Origin: Anthoceros angustus
Taxonomy: Eukaryota > Plantae > Anthocerotophyta
DNA length: 64,000 bases
Reading direction: 5' to 3'
Assembly (NCBI GenBank): GCA_010909165.1
Contig: MU008168.1
Span: 1,571,985 to 1,635,984 of the forward strand
Shown: piece after piece, positions 13,115 to 25,790 of the stretch
Position numbering within the stretch: position 1 is the first letter of the stretch
How the letters are laid out: the number at the start of each line of letters is the position of its first letter
The notes under the pieces: generated by a model
Database searches by the model: none
The model's input: only the letters and a program-made list of their open reading frames with translations
What the model was told of the DNA's origin: nothing
Position numbers and translations under genes: made by a program

Positions 13115-13743
13115 TATCATGTCATGTGACACTGATCTCTACACTTGGGTTTAGTGTTTGATTACCATTAATTAATTAATTATCTTTAGATAATTAGTAT
13201 TAATTAATATTATGTTAATTAATCATTGATTAGTGTGAATGAAACATGATTAGCAATAGCCAAGTGGATAAACACAAGTTATATGTTTTAGTATATTCAT
13301 TGCATATTATAGTGTATTCTTAGGATATTTCCAGCATATGCTGATGCTAATAGGATATCTTAGGAATATGCTGATGCCAAGGGCTAATATATATGGACCC
13401 TTTTACAGAGGACAAGCTCAGATCATAGCTTGTCCTCTAGATATGCAATGCAAGAGTGTTGTGAGGAGGCCCTCTAGATCTGCAATACAAGAGTGTTTTG
13501 AGGAGGCCCTCTAGATCTGCAATGCAAGAGTGTTGTGAGGAGCCAAAGCTATGACTCCGAGAGCAATGTGTGAGGAATTTGCGTGTTGTTCTCATGGGGA
13601 GAGTGTGTTTGTGCCACGATGTGCGAGCTACTCTCTCCTTTTGTTATTGGTTTGCACCTATATTTGCATATTAGATCTGTTTTACTTGGTTGTTTGTTGA
13701 AGAAGTGCTCATATGAATGCAAGTGCTTACCTCGTGCGACGCA
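13115..13743 (+). mobile_element. solo A+B terminal repeat of the split-repeat Gypsy family
   Basis: A (13115-13645) matches the reverse complement of 61705-62267 and 45071-45635; B (13646-13743, ATTGGTTTGCACC...CCTCGTGCGAC) matches 45636-45731; flanks CCTC / TCTC. Confidence 0.85.
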
Positions 13744-13831
13744 TCTCTCTTTCAAAAGTGCTTTCAAAAGTGTCAACTTGAAAACAAAGAACCACTCTGG
13801 TTTCAGAGACTCTGACACTATTTAGAGTCTC

Positions 13832-13981
13832 TGTCATGCCGTGTAACACTAAACGCAAGTGCAGAGATTAGTGTCACATGGCAGATTGGTTTGCACCTAT
13901 ACTTAAATATTAGATTTGTTTTGTTTGGTTGTTTATTGAGGAAGTGCTTATATGAATTTAAGTGCTTTACCTCGTGCGACA
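13832..13981 (+). mobile_element. 150-bp rearranged mini-copy of the same family (A tip, inverted A tip, complete B)
   Basis: TGTCATGCCGTGTAACACT, inverted A tip, then GATTGGTTTGCACC...GTGCGACA; TCTC on both sides (13828-13831, 13982-13985). Confidence 0.8.
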
Positions 13982-14539
13982 TCTCTCTAAAAGCAAGTTT
14001 CTCTTTTGTTCAATGCAATTATATGGCGGCCGAACTTTTTGCTGACTACTTGAATTTGGGAACTTCCGTAGAGAAGTTGGCTATGGAATTTTTATCCATG
14101 TACCAATCTGGAGATGTTATTAAGGTGAGGAATTCTTCGTTGTGTCACTTGGGTAGCTGCCATCTACTTTTCGTGTTTAGAGAGTTGCTTCAATTTTTAT
14201 ACACTGGCTTCCAATCTCGGAGTTTCGATCTACTTGCGGTGCTCGGGCAAAAGAGACACCAGAGAAGCCAAGTGAAGACTTGGCAGAGGAGAATGTGAAG
14301 CAATTCACAAATATAGGTCCCTCTATTGGAGGTTGCCTCAGCGAGGATGAGTTGCAAAAGTGGAGAGAAAAGCTGAAGCCTTTTCAAGCTGTAGTTGCGG
14401 GGTTCTCGATGTCCTGTGGGTCTGGCTTGCCTACACCGCATGCTTGAGGCCCTTTTTGTGCTCCTTACCGATGTCTCCTTGTTACGAGCACGATCTTGTT
14501 TCTTCCTTTTCTATAAAGGTGGAGAGCTCGCCCCCAAGT

Positions 14540-15020
14540 GGCCACCCCAATCTGCCACCCCAACCCACAATGTTGCCTCAACCTACTGCCCTAATCCGCA
14601 GCCCCGACTAGTCGCCTCGCCCTCCCCAACCGGCAGCCCCTGACCGTCGCCTCACCTCCCCAACCCACAATGTTGCCTCAACCTCGCCTCCCGCCCGGAC
14701 CGTCACCGCCCAGCCTCCCGACCGGTCGCCTCGCCTCGCCTCCCGCCTGCACTAGTTGCCTCGCCCTAACCTCCCGCCTAACCGGTTGCCTCGCCCCATC
14801 CTCCCACCTGGACTGGTCGCCTCGCCCCATCCTCCCACTGATGGTCGCCTCGCCCGCCTCCCGCCTGATGGTCGCCCGCCTCCTACCTGACCGGTCGCCC
14901 GCCCCAACCTCCCGCCCCGACTGTATGCGCTTGAGGAGCTCTCGTTCAACCCTGCTGCACCCACGCCTGCTTGGAAAGGCGGTTTTTGGTGCCCGCACTG
15001 CCGCCCTAACCTCTGCCCTG
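14540..15020. repeat. GC-rich low-complexity array (GGTCGCCTCGCCC motif), probably TE subterminal repeats
   Basis: Motif recurs more than 8 times; CCCCAACCCACAATGTTGCCTCAACCT duplicated. Confidence 0.55.
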
Positions 15021-15096
15021 CTAGCCTCGTGAAAGGGTTGAAGTGAAGGGGGCTAGAGGGCTAAGTTTCTCCAAAACTCAGCTCGCTCACTCATGC

Positions 15097-15187
15097 TACA
15101 ACTTCGATCTGTGAAGAGAAAACTTGTACCCTCACAGTACAACTTCCATCTACGAAGAGAAAACTTGAACCCTCACAGTACAACTTC
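15097..15187. repeat. 41-bp tandem repeat, about 2.2 copies
   Basis: TACAACTTC.ATCT..GAAGAGAAAACTTG.ACCCTCACAG at 15097 and 15138, partial at 15179. Confidence 0.75.
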
Positions 15188-15560
15188 TTTTTTTTGAGGA
15201 ATTTATTCAGCACTTTATAAATGGATGTGATCATACAACTTACTAGGAGCAAAAACAGGGGTCAGACGGAGTCTGCAAATTGAGCAAGGGACCAGGCGGC
15301 CGGGCCATCACATTGCGGCCAGCACAAATCACAGAAATAGGAACAAAGTGACAGGCCCCCAAGGAGCCCCTTACTCAAACTCCCCCCACCACCTTAGACT
15401 TCATATCATACAGTTCGTTGAGCACACCACCCAGACGCTCCACCAATTATGGCGGACATAAAAACGGGCAGTGATGGCACCCCAAAGCCGGGATCCTCCT
15501 TCACTCGGCTCTATCCCCCTCTATACGCAGCCCGCATCTTTTCTTCTAGGATGCAGGGTG
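15188..15560 (-). mobile_element. possible 3' end of a non-LTR retroelement
   Basis: Minus strand reads AATAAATTCCTC followed by an A-tract; no recognisable protein motif. Confidence 0.3.
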
Positions 15561-16508
15561 CGCCGAGCATCATAGTTATGTGAGGTAAGACGATCTTTGT
15601 CTTGTAGTCTGTCTGTACCTGAATCAGAGGGGTTGGAAGACCCTGACATGATGACTACGCGTTGATTCTTGCAGAGTCAAAGGGGTGTAGAAAGGAGAGC
15701 AAGTTGCTCCCTGAGGAGATCAATCTCCTATTCATGTTTAGCCATCGTCATCAGATCAGAGGTTCTTAAATTCTCCAAACGCTCCTGTCTGGACTGGATG
15801 GCATCAACTCGAGATGTAAACTCCAGTACAGTACTTTTTACATTCAAGATTGAATTCAGAAGCGCCTCATGCTCAGTGAATGCCTCGGGGTAAGGTCTTT
15901 GCTTCTTCAGTTGTTGTGAATTTAATGAAGGCTTGTGTACAGGTTGAACAGGAGTTGGCGTTGATGCTTGGCCGTTTTTTGCAGAGGATACAGACTGAAG
16001 AAACGGTCTTAGGAACCGATTCCTACTGGTGATGCAGATTTTTTGTAGTAAAGCCTTTCAAATTCAGCCTGGAAGGAGGACGGGGAAGTGTATGCTATCA
16101 GCCGTTCCTCACCTCTAGCAAAATCTGGCCAAGATTGCCTGCAGGGATTCCTGCGAGGCATCTTTCCTTATGTGTTAGGTTAGATGAAACCCTGGTGCAA
16201 CGGATCGCTCCATTCTACAGTACCTGCAAGAATACGTAGAGATTTAGATTGCTGACAAGCAGCACGGCTCAGACCATCGTGGGCTCTGATACCATGTAGC
16301 GTTGATACACGCACATCGGATCAGACTCATTCACGAAGAATGCATGTATATAGATTATTCTCAAAGGGGAAACAAGAGGTGCAAGTCATAGTATGATGAA
16401 ACGGTTATTATAACTACTTAACTAACAACTAGAGTTTAATTATATAGGCTAGGTATATACAATATACTAATTAATCAACAATTAATTACCCAACACAATC
16501 CGCTAACG
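15560..16508 (-). mobile_element. 5' fragment of an LTR retrotransposon (LTR 16295-16508, tRNA-Met PBS, degraded gag)
   Basis: GCTCTGATACCA at 16283-16294 is TGGTATCAGAGC on the minus strand, directly after an LTR end ...GCTACA. Confidence 0.7.
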
Positions 16509-17054
16509 CACTTTCTGCACAGGCTACTTGATCAAATTTAACCCAAAACATACCTCGGGCTGTTGCGTGTGTCTGGGTATGCACTATGCTATGCTCAAGA
16601 GGTGAGCTGCCGGTGGAGCAACATAAATAGCGGATCTAGAGAAGCTCACAATGAGGCACATGTAGGTGGGTGCTCCTTGTAGAGCACTAGAGCCGGTTAT
16701 AGTAAGAACAGAAATAAACGCTTATGTAACTGAATGTGTGGTAATGAGCGAGATAGCCTCGGATAAGCGAAGGCTTTTGAAGCAACCAAAGCCGCATATC
16801 CGATAGGTTCTAATGTTCAGATGCTGGGATATATAGGCAGTGAGGAACTGCACGATGCCCGTGAATAACCGATGAAGCCTTAGGGCTCAGTGTGACCACC
16901 GACAACAAGGGAAAGCTGGTGGATTGTTGGATTGAAGGAAGGATAGTGGAAATATTCTCTGCGTCCAAAAAATCAAACGCGTCATCTGCCCTCTCCATAA
17001 CAGCGGTAGATGGATCCTTGCTTCTCCCTGTTGCAACATGGACACGAAAGATTT

Positions 17055-17068
17055 AAACCCTAAACCCT
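17055..17068 (+). promoter_or_regulatory. telo-box (AAACCCTAAACCCT) upstream of ALG5
   Basis: Two plant telomeric units a few bp upstream of the first in-frame ATG. Confidence 0.45.
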
Positions 17069-17072
17069 GAAC

Positions 17073-19135
17073 ATGGTCTATTCATCGATTTCACTATCGG
17101 CACGAGCATCCACGGTCACACAGGAGTGGTGGGCAATTGGCGTGGGCAATCGTGTACGACAAAAATGCACATTGTATTTCCGGTTTGTTGACTGTGGCTC
17201 AGCTGCGGGGTTTGGGCATAATACGGACGCCATGTCACAGCGCAAGGGCCAGGGCAAGGGGAGGGGTCCTTTGGCTACAGAGGCGTGCGAGGGATCCAGC
17301 GTCAGGTACCGAACGCTCGATCCCGTACGGAGCAGTGCGGAGACTATGCCCCTTCTGGAAAACCCAATCTCTTTGGAGCAGGTAGATGAGGTACCATTCT
17401 GCAGCTTGCGACTGAATAAAACTGCCTGGACATGGTTCCATGTTCTGAATTCGGGACAATTGACTGTAGGTGCGAGCTCCATCAGTGTTTGAAGAAGCGT
17501 CCAAATATATCTCGCTTATAATGCCCTCCTACAACGAGGAAGCCAGATTACCTGCGGTGCTTGATGAAACCTTAAGGTAGTCACTTGTCTTCACTCACTG
17601 GGTTTTTCATCGGTTGACATGTTCCTGAAATGTAGGGTCTAAGTTACCGAAGCCCGACTCTTGTTTGAAGAAGCTTCTTCATGTGCCCATTGCAGGTATC
17701 TTCAAGATCGAGCTCGCAAGGACAATTCTTTTACCTATGAGGTACACTAGAAGTTCATCACTCTAGACCTAATTGGACCATGGTCTGCAGCAAGTGTAGC
17801 AGCCTCTACAGTTAACCACCATTGGTTCTTGCCGGGTTGGTTGCGTTGGATATACTTTGGAATTTGCTGACCTGTCTCTGCTTGCTGGTTGAAGATCTTG
17901 GTTATTGATGATGGCAGCAAAGACAACACTGTGAAGGTTGCTCTTGACTACAGCAAGAAACATGGGTTGGATGTTGTGCGGGTTATTAAGCAGGGTGCAA
18001 ATTTTGGGAAAGGGGCGGCTGTAAGATTGGTACTGTTCAGCCTTGCAAGCTTCATCTGGATGTCATGCCTTCTACTGTGCCGTTGCATGACCTTACTTGT
18101 TATTTCCCATTGTGTTAGGGTATGCTATGCTCACGAGGTGAGCTTCTTCTTATGTTGGATGCCGATGGAGCAACACAAATAACGGATTTAGAAAAGCTTG
18201 AGGGACAGGTAGGCAGACTAGGTTTGCGTTTCCATAGGCGCTTCTATTGTGATTCCTTGTGCCTACTAATAAGGTTCGCTGTATTGGCCAGGCCTTGCCT
18301 ACTTCGAAGTTCATGTCTAACTGCCATCTTTGAAGACTGAGCTTTGTGGGCATCGTTGTGAATCTCAAGCAGATAAAGAAAGAGCATGTTGAGCTATATC
18401 CACCTGAAAGCAAGACGGCAACTGCAAAGCTCCAAGATGTGCCCATTGTCGTTTTTGGTTCCCGAGCCCACCTTGAGAAGCAAGCGTTGGCCAGCGTACG
18501 TTATCAGTGTGGATGCATCTTTCAGACACTGCTTTTCTGCTGTGCAAATGCCAAGACTTCTAACTGGAAGGCTGATCTGTAGTTCGATGATATTGCAGCG
18601 TAAGTGGTATAGGAACGTCTTGATGAAAGGGTTTCATATTTGTGTCCTGCTGGTGGCTGGTTCTGGAGTTCGAGATACCCAGGCAAGTACTTGTCGTGCA
18701 TATCCAGCAGTGGGTTGAACTGCTGCTTGTGATCATCTCATGCAGCCATGTGTTCGTTGGCTTACTGTTTCAACCTTTCCTCTTCATCACCACCCTGCAG
18801 TGTGGCTTCAAACTTTTCACGCGCTCTGTTGCCCGGGTGATATTCATCAATCTTCGGCTCAGAAGGTAAGACAATTCATTATCTGGTCGCATATGAGTTC
18901 ACCTGATACTCTATACTGATCATGGCACCCTCGTGGCAGGTGGTGTTTTGATGTGGAAATCGTATATCTCTGCAAACAGTTACACATTCCCATGAAAGAG
19001 GTTGCCGTGAACTGGACCGAAATTCCAGGCTCGAAGGTGAAAGTATGGAGCATAATCCACATGCTGTTTGAGTTGCTGTTAATTAGACTTCTATATGGGT
19101 TTCATATCTGGACGATCCAGAAGGCAATGTTCTAG
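17073..19135 (+). CDS. ALG5: dolichyl-phosphate beta-glucosyltransferase (GT2), multi-exon
   Basis: YISLIMPSYNEEARLP, ILVIDDGSKD, GKGAAVR, GELLLMLDADGAT, VFGSRAHLE, RDTQCGFKLFTR, WCFDVE, EVAVNWTEIPGSK; start uncertain; GC donor at ~18683. Confidence 0.93.
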
Positions 19136-19439
19136 GATGACGGTTGATAAACAAGATCGAGATACTATTACCTGGATGCCAAGAACGGTCTTTGCAGTTT
19201 TCTTTCCTTCATCACCTACTGAAACTGTATGCCTGGTATGCCTGATTTATTCAGGGGCTGACACACAGCAGGCTTGCCCTCTCCTTCTCCACCCTCATGA
19301 AGTGCAGTTGGTCACCCGGTGGAGCTCGATCCTGCTCGCACCATGGCCGCCTTGTCATTTTCTAGTTCTCGGTCAATACATTGGCAACGTGCCACGAGCA
19401 GATGTCACTCCAGGACTGTCGTCTCCTTTTTGAGCTCCG

Positions 19440-21769
19440 ATGACCCACCGGCGATGGCTGGTTTCCAGGTCTATCCCTTCAGCCTTCAGCAATTTTCGTG
19501 TGTCGTCCTTGTGCAGCGCAGCTGTGGAGAGGGCGGGCGATGGGCAGGTGATAGCACAGTACAAGATAGCCGAGCAGCTGGAATCTGAAGAGCAGAAGGA
19601 AGAGAAGGAGCAGGGACAGGGACAGGAGCAGGAGGAAAAGCTGGTGAAATGGGCCTCTCTGCCGCAACGGAGGCTGGACAGCGAGGTGATAGGGCACCTG
19701 ATCAGGATTCTGAGGTCGGGAAGATGGGGGAGGGGAATGCAGGAATCGCTGGGGAGGCTGGGCCGGCTGAGGCTCAAGCCCTACCATGTGGCGGAGGTGT
19801 TGAAGGCTGTGCGAGAGAGAGATGCGAGCGTGGTATCTGGATTCTTCCAATGGGCCAGGAGGCACGGCGGATTCGTGCCCAACTCCCTGTGCTACGCGGT
19901 CTTGATCGACGTGCTGGGGGCGGGGAAGGCCTTCGACGAGGTGGAGAAGGCCCTGAAGCGGATGCGGGAGGACGGAGCTCAGGTCACCGTCTATGTGTAC
20001 ACCAACCTGTTGAAGAGCTATGGCCGGGCTGGCAAGGTTGCGGAGATGATGAGAACGTTCGAGGAAATGGCAGGGCTGGCTGCCCTCCGTCCTCGTCACC
20101 TACACCTGCTTGGTGGACTTGCTGGCCAAGCACGACCGGTTCGATGATCTGGGCAGGGTGGTGGAGAGGATGCGCCATGACATCCCTCGGTTGGACCTGT
20201 TTTCCTACAACTGCCTGCTACGAGCCTTCTGCCGAGCTCGCAATGCGGAACTGGCGGTGGAGCTATTCCAGGAGCTGAAGGAGCTGGGGCTGGTGCCTGA
20301 GGCTCAGACTTATGGGTTTCTGCTCCTCACCTTGGCCGGCGCAGGTAGGCTTGAGGAGAGCAGGGATTACTTGGAGGAATTCTGGGCCTCCGGATGCAAG
20401 CTGCTGGATGTCACATACAACATGCTGATCAACTCTTTTGGCAGGGCTGGCGATGTAGATACTGCCTTGAAGCTGTTCAGGGAGATGGCTGTGCAAGGGC
20501 ACAAACGGAATGCAACCACTTACCACGGTCTGCTCAACGCTCTCGGCACGGCTGGGAGGGTGGATGAAGCTTGTGAGTTCTTCAGGAAGATGGAGAGTGT
20601 TGATTCCTGTCCCCGGGACCATATTTCTTACACTCTTGTGATCAACGCGCTGGGGAAGGCTGGGAGGCTGGATGAGGCAGTGGAGTATTATACCGAGGCA
20701 AACAGTCAGTGTGTGAGCAGGGACAGCACTCTGTGTAACAGCCTCTTGACCCACTTGTGCAAGGCAGGAGCTGTGGATCGGGCCGAGCAGGTGTTTCGGG
20801 AGATGGAAGTCCAGGGGATCCGGGCGGACGTCTGGACGTTCAACATCTTGATCGACGGGTTTGGCAAGGCAGGCAGAGCACATGAAGCTTCCTCCTTCTT
20901 TGGAAAGATGAAGGAGGAGGGACATCGGCCTTCCGTGGTCACCTACAACAGTGTCATGCACTGCCTTGCGAGAGAGGGGCCTGGGGATCTGGCACAGGTG
21001 GGCAGCCTGGTGGGTGAGATGAAGAAGCGGGTGTGGAAGCTGGATGCCTGGACTTTCAACATACTTATCGACATTCATGCCAAGAGAGGGGCCTGGGGAT
21101 CTGGCACAGGTGGGCAGCCTGGTGGGTGAGATGAAGAAGCGGGGTGTGAAGCTGGATGCCTGGACTTTCAACATACTTATCGACATTCATGCCAAGGAAG
21201 GGGACATGGACACTGCATGCGCCTTCTTCAGAGAGATGCAGGACAACGGCTACCTGCCAACTGCACTGACGTACAACAGGTTGCTTGATGGATGTGGAAG
21301 AGTGGGCGACTTCGACTCCGCCTTTGCACTGATAGAGCTGATGAAGGCAAGTAAGATCAGCCTGGATACTCACACTTACACAGTCCTGATTGATGGGTTC
21401 GGGAAGACCGGCAGGCTGGACACAGCTCTGGAACTGCTGAGGATAATGCAGAACCTGCGCGTCCAGCCTGACGTTGCCACGTACAACACACTCGTACACT
21501 GTCTTGCAAAGGTGGGCCGGCTGGACGAGGCGGGGCAGCTGTATACTGAAATGATGGAGAGCGGGCTTGAGCCCAGTGAAATCACCTACGACATCCTTTT
21601 ACCTGCGTATGTGGAGAGCGGTGATGGCGATGCCGTGTTGAGGCTCCAGAAGGACAGGGAGGCTGCTGGTGTGGATTCTTTCTTCCATGTCCTTGTCACG
21701 GATGACCACTTGGAGGTGAAGCAGCAAGATGGAAGAGTCTACACCAGAAGGAGGCTCCACCAGAGATGA
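19440..21769 (+). CDS. P-class pentatricopeptide repeat protein, intronless, two frameshifts as assembled
   Basis: Many 35-aa PPR motifs across ORFs 19440-20147, 20110-21129 and 21044-21769; FFQWA motif; organellar-type N-terminus. Confidence 0.9.
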
Positions 21770-22364
21770 CCCTCCAGGGCCACACTGCACCCACACATGT
21801 TTCATCAGTCCAGTTGAGCTCAGCTCAACCCAGGTCAGAAGGTCTTCAAGATGTGCACGCTAGCTACCTTCTGAATTGCTGCTGCTGCTGCTGCTGCTGC
21901 CATGTTAGGCTTGCAAGATGCAACCGTTCTCAATGCCATGCCTAAGTGTATTGTTGAGGCTTGTTACCTAGGAAGAAAGCAGTCGTAAGCACCGCGAGCG
22001 ATGAAGGGTACTCCTGGATGTGGATCTCACGAGGTCCACCTTACACAGAAATATCTCTGAAATATGTTTAAGAGTTCACCTCACGGAAATATCTGTGAAA
22101 TACAGTGAAGGGACGGTGTTCGTCCTTGGCAACATGTTTCTCAGGGGCGCACACGGCCTGCACGGAAACGGCACGCTGTTGGCACGTCCCGTCCTCGAAT
22201 CTCATCGGGTGCCGGTTAAGCCACCTGATCAGCAGCGTGGAGCGCGAGTTCCGGGTAGCGCCGGCGCGAAGCGAATTGTGGATAGTTGGCGCTCTCGCAG
22301 TCACACAGAAGCAGGAGGTGAGGCGGCTCCGGCTCCGGCTCCGTGATCGATGCTGTAGCCCTCG

Positions 22365-24494
22365 ATGGGGCTGGGCGGTGGCATGGCGCTGCTGGCCGGC
22401 AAGCTGCAGCTGGCGAGGTTGCCGACGAGCTCGAGCTCGAGTTCCAGCTGCTGCCAACAGCAGCAGCATCAGCATCAGCAGCAGCATCAGCAGCAGCAGC
22501 AGCAGCAGAATCAGCAAGCAGGCTTGAGCCTGGGCAGACGACATGGCGGGGGCCGCCTGCCCCAGCGTCAGGGCCCAGCGGAAGGCGGCCCCTTGCTGGC
22601 CGTGAGCGACGATGATGTCGTCATCACTTCTGTGAGAGGTATACTATCACCTCGATTGCTCCTCCCTGCATTGTGTGTGAGAAATGTGTGACAATGGCGA
22701 GTGCGATGGCAATGGCAACTGCATGAAAATGGCAATGGCAATGGCAATGGCAAGAGAGGCGGAGAGAGAGTGCTTGTCACTGAGGTACCATCTTTTTTGA
22801 TGCAGCTGGTGGGCCTGGCAGAGCTTGCAGATGGGAGCTTCCACTACGCGTTCGGAGCAGGAGCATCACCGCCGCCTCCGCAGCCCAGCAAGAGGGGGGA
22901 CGACCTGGCTTCATCCAGGGCTCAGCATGTGCTCACTCCTGCGCCATTGCATCTGCCGCAGAGACCGCCGTCTCGGTTCAGGAAGCATTCCCCGATTCCC
23001 GTGCGGGCTGGCAGGACAAAGGGGGGAGGGAAGGAGAAAAAGGAGCAGGAGCAGGTGCAGGTGCAGGTTCAGCAGCAAGAGCAGGTGCAGAAACAGGAGG
23101 TGAGAAGGGTAGCATGGCGGAAGGACCCGGGTGTGCCTGTTCGGCCTAAGTCCTCCTTCGTGAAGCGGTCTCCTATTCCCAATCTCACCTCCAGGCCACG
23201 GTGCCCTGTCTCTCTTCCTGCCCCTGTCGTCGTAGACGATGCTGTGGAAGAGCAGCCTGACGAATCTCTGCCGTTCTTCCCCTCCACCTCCTGTTTCTCC
23301 TTCTTCTCCTCCTCCTCCTTCTCCTCCTCCTCCTTTGCTGGTAGTGAATGGTGTCGCAAGAGAGCAGCATTCCGACAACAGAGTTCCTAAGGCTGCTGAG
23401 GTTTCCAGGAGCGGCGGCTCCAACAAGGCAGAGGCGGCGTCCAAGTCTGGCATGGGAGAATCTGTAGCTGCCACAGCTGAATCTCAGTCATGGCTGTCCA
23501 GCTTCCGGCTGCTGATCATCCTCCAGCTCCAGATGCTGCTGTTGCTGCTCCAGATGCTGCTGCTGCCCTCCCTCCCGTCAAGAGCTGCTTCAAGTTTGTC
23601 CGCCAGTCTCCGATTCCCTCCCAAGCCCGGAAGAAGTCATTGCAGGAGCCGGTTGTTGAAGCAAGGAGCTTGGTGGAGACTACCGTGATGGAGAGGAATG
23701 TGCTAGAGAGCAAGGTGGTGGAGAGCAATGTGGTAGAGAGCAAGGTGGTGGAGAGCAATGTGGTAGAGAGCAAGGTGGTGGACAGCACTGTTGTTGAGAG
23801 CGAGGTGGTGGAGAGCGCGGTTGTTGAGAGCACGGTGGTGGAGGGCACGGTTGTAGAGGGCACGGTGGAGGAGAGCAGGGAGCAGAGGACGTTGGAGATC
23901 AATGGTGCAGGGGCCCCTGTCCAAGGGCTTGTCGAGGAGGACAGTAGTCAGGGAAGTAGCAGTAGCAATGGATGTAGCAGTAGCGCCAAGGGAGGCAGCG
24001 GTAGTAGCGAAGACAGCAGCGGTAGTAGCAAGGGGAGCAGTAGCAGTACCAAGGAAAGCAGCAGCAGTACCAGTGTTGTGGAGCTGCCTCCTCTGCCTCC
24101 TGTTCGGCCTAAATCCAACTTCTTCCGGAGATCCCCGATTCCACGTCATCTTCCAGCCAAGCAGCCTGTGCAGGAGGTCAAGGTAGAACCACTCCAACAA
24201 CGTCCTCCTGCCCCTGCTCGTGCTCGGAGATCACCAAAGAAATCTGCAAAGGAATCAGCAAGAAATGCAGTGCCAAAAGCAGCCGTGGAAGATGGCAAGG
24301 CACCTGTGGATCAGGATCCTGAAACTGGATCACAGGAGGTACAAGATCCTCAGGCAGAGAAGCCAGAGGACCAGCTTCCTGCCGATCTTGCTGCCTGCAC
24401 GCTCGTGCAACTGAGAGGGATTGCCAAGGCCCGAGGTCTCAAGGGCTACTCAAGGCTGAAGAAGGCCGAGCTCATAGCTCTGCTTCAACAATAA
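22365..24494 (+). CDS. RHON1-like protein with C-terminal Rho termination factor N-terminal (Rho_N) domain
   Basis: C-terminal LAACTLVQLRGIAKARGLKGYSRLKKAELIALL; four SxFxxxSPIP motifs; low-complexity tracts; 5' structure uncertain; apparent compensating frameshifts at ~23270 and ~23490. Confidence 0.75.
23685..23875 (+). repeat. 15-bp coding tandem repeat (VVES(K/N))
   Basis: About 12 units GTGGT(G/A)GAGAGCAA(G/T). Confidence 0.85.
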
Positions 24495-25225
24495 AGGAAG
24501 GAAGCTTCCCATTTGTGATGTTTGGTTTTGTCAGACAATCTGTATCAGAGGGCTTTGAAGGAGGAGGGACATTCTGACAGCTGTAGATACGACGTCAATG
24601 AGTGTCTGATTCCTGATCCTAGCTGTCTGCGTTCTGTTTAGGTTGAGTTATGTCGAAGAGCGCCAACGTTACTGCTTCTGTGCTACCCGAGTGATGGCAG
24701 CATGTGTAGCCTGCTTGTGTGTGTGCCCTTGCGAGATCTCGTCCAGTCCAATGTGCTGACGAGATTGATCCCGTGGTCCTCTCTCGCCCCCTCCAGCAGT
24801 GAACCGGGGCCCGTCTCATAGCTCTAAAGATTGATCCCTTGCATGTGCCCACTCCGATTGTCACCCCCTCAGCTATAAACAAGCAAGCAATTGAAACAAA
24901 CACGGTCGCTCAAGACGAGTGGGACTGCCTAGTTCGCCTTTAACTTACATTCGTGTGGCCGTTGCGGGGCGTGATACCTAGAACATAGATAGTGATGAGG
25001 GGGCTTATTGGACGACTATATATTGGGCTCACTGCCTAACTAATCTGCCTTATTAGTTCGCCTTTAAATTAGATTGTTGCGGTCGTTGTGGGGTGTGATA
25101 CTGGGAATGTGGAGACTTTGTAAAAAGAGCGAGATGGGAAATCCCATCTACGCCTCGCTACCCCGAAGCGAAAGGGGACAACCCATGACGAGGCATCAGG
25201 CCAGGGGGCGTGCCCCTCCACTAAT

Positions 25226-25790
25226 CTACCCTGTAGCCCCAACCGCCCCCAAGATGTCGCCGTCCGAGATAGGGAACGGCCTACTTACCATTGATGCCTC
25301 CGATGCCGAGTCACCTGCACTCGTGATCGTCCTAAAGATGGCGCTGGCCAACGCCCTTTGCAGAGCGATGGAAACCCATTGCCTAAAATATGCCAGGACA
25401 CTGGAAAGGGGGAGGCCAACCCCGCCCCTGTCGTTGTGGTAGGCCCTTGCGCACTCCTTGATAAAACGAGAAAAAACCTTACCCAAGGCCCCATGGGTTT
25501 CAATGGCAAGGGGGATGAAAATGTGACCTTGCTGCATGGGCCTTTACTTGTAAATTTTCTTAGTTACGCTCCCTTCCGCCGCCCAACCTAGAGGGTTGAT
25601 GATGATATGGTCGCTAATAGAATCTCTGGTTGGGTGAGTGACAACCACGTCCATAGCAACTCGTCCGTTAAGAAAAGGTCATCTCTGATAGAGACCTCAT
25701 TGAGCAGAGTATACTGCCACTCCTTGAAAGGGAAGAAACTGTTTCTCTTTGGCCATCGAGAATATGACGTCTTGGACGGCATCGTGTATT
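25226..25790 (-). mobile_element. 3' fragment of an RLE-type (CRE-like) non-LTR retrotransposon
   Basis: HDAVQDVI...RDDLFL...MDVVVTHP (frameshifted)...FIPLAIETHGALG...RQWVSIALQRALA: restriction-like endonuclease signature. Confidence 0.75.

Noticed and set aside
19373-21805. Long minus-strand ORFs opposite the PPR gene
   Set aside because: Antisense shadows of GC-rich coding sequence.
24985-25025. Possible hammerhead ribozyme (GTGATGAG)
   Set aside because: No CTGATGA...GAAA core with flanking stems.
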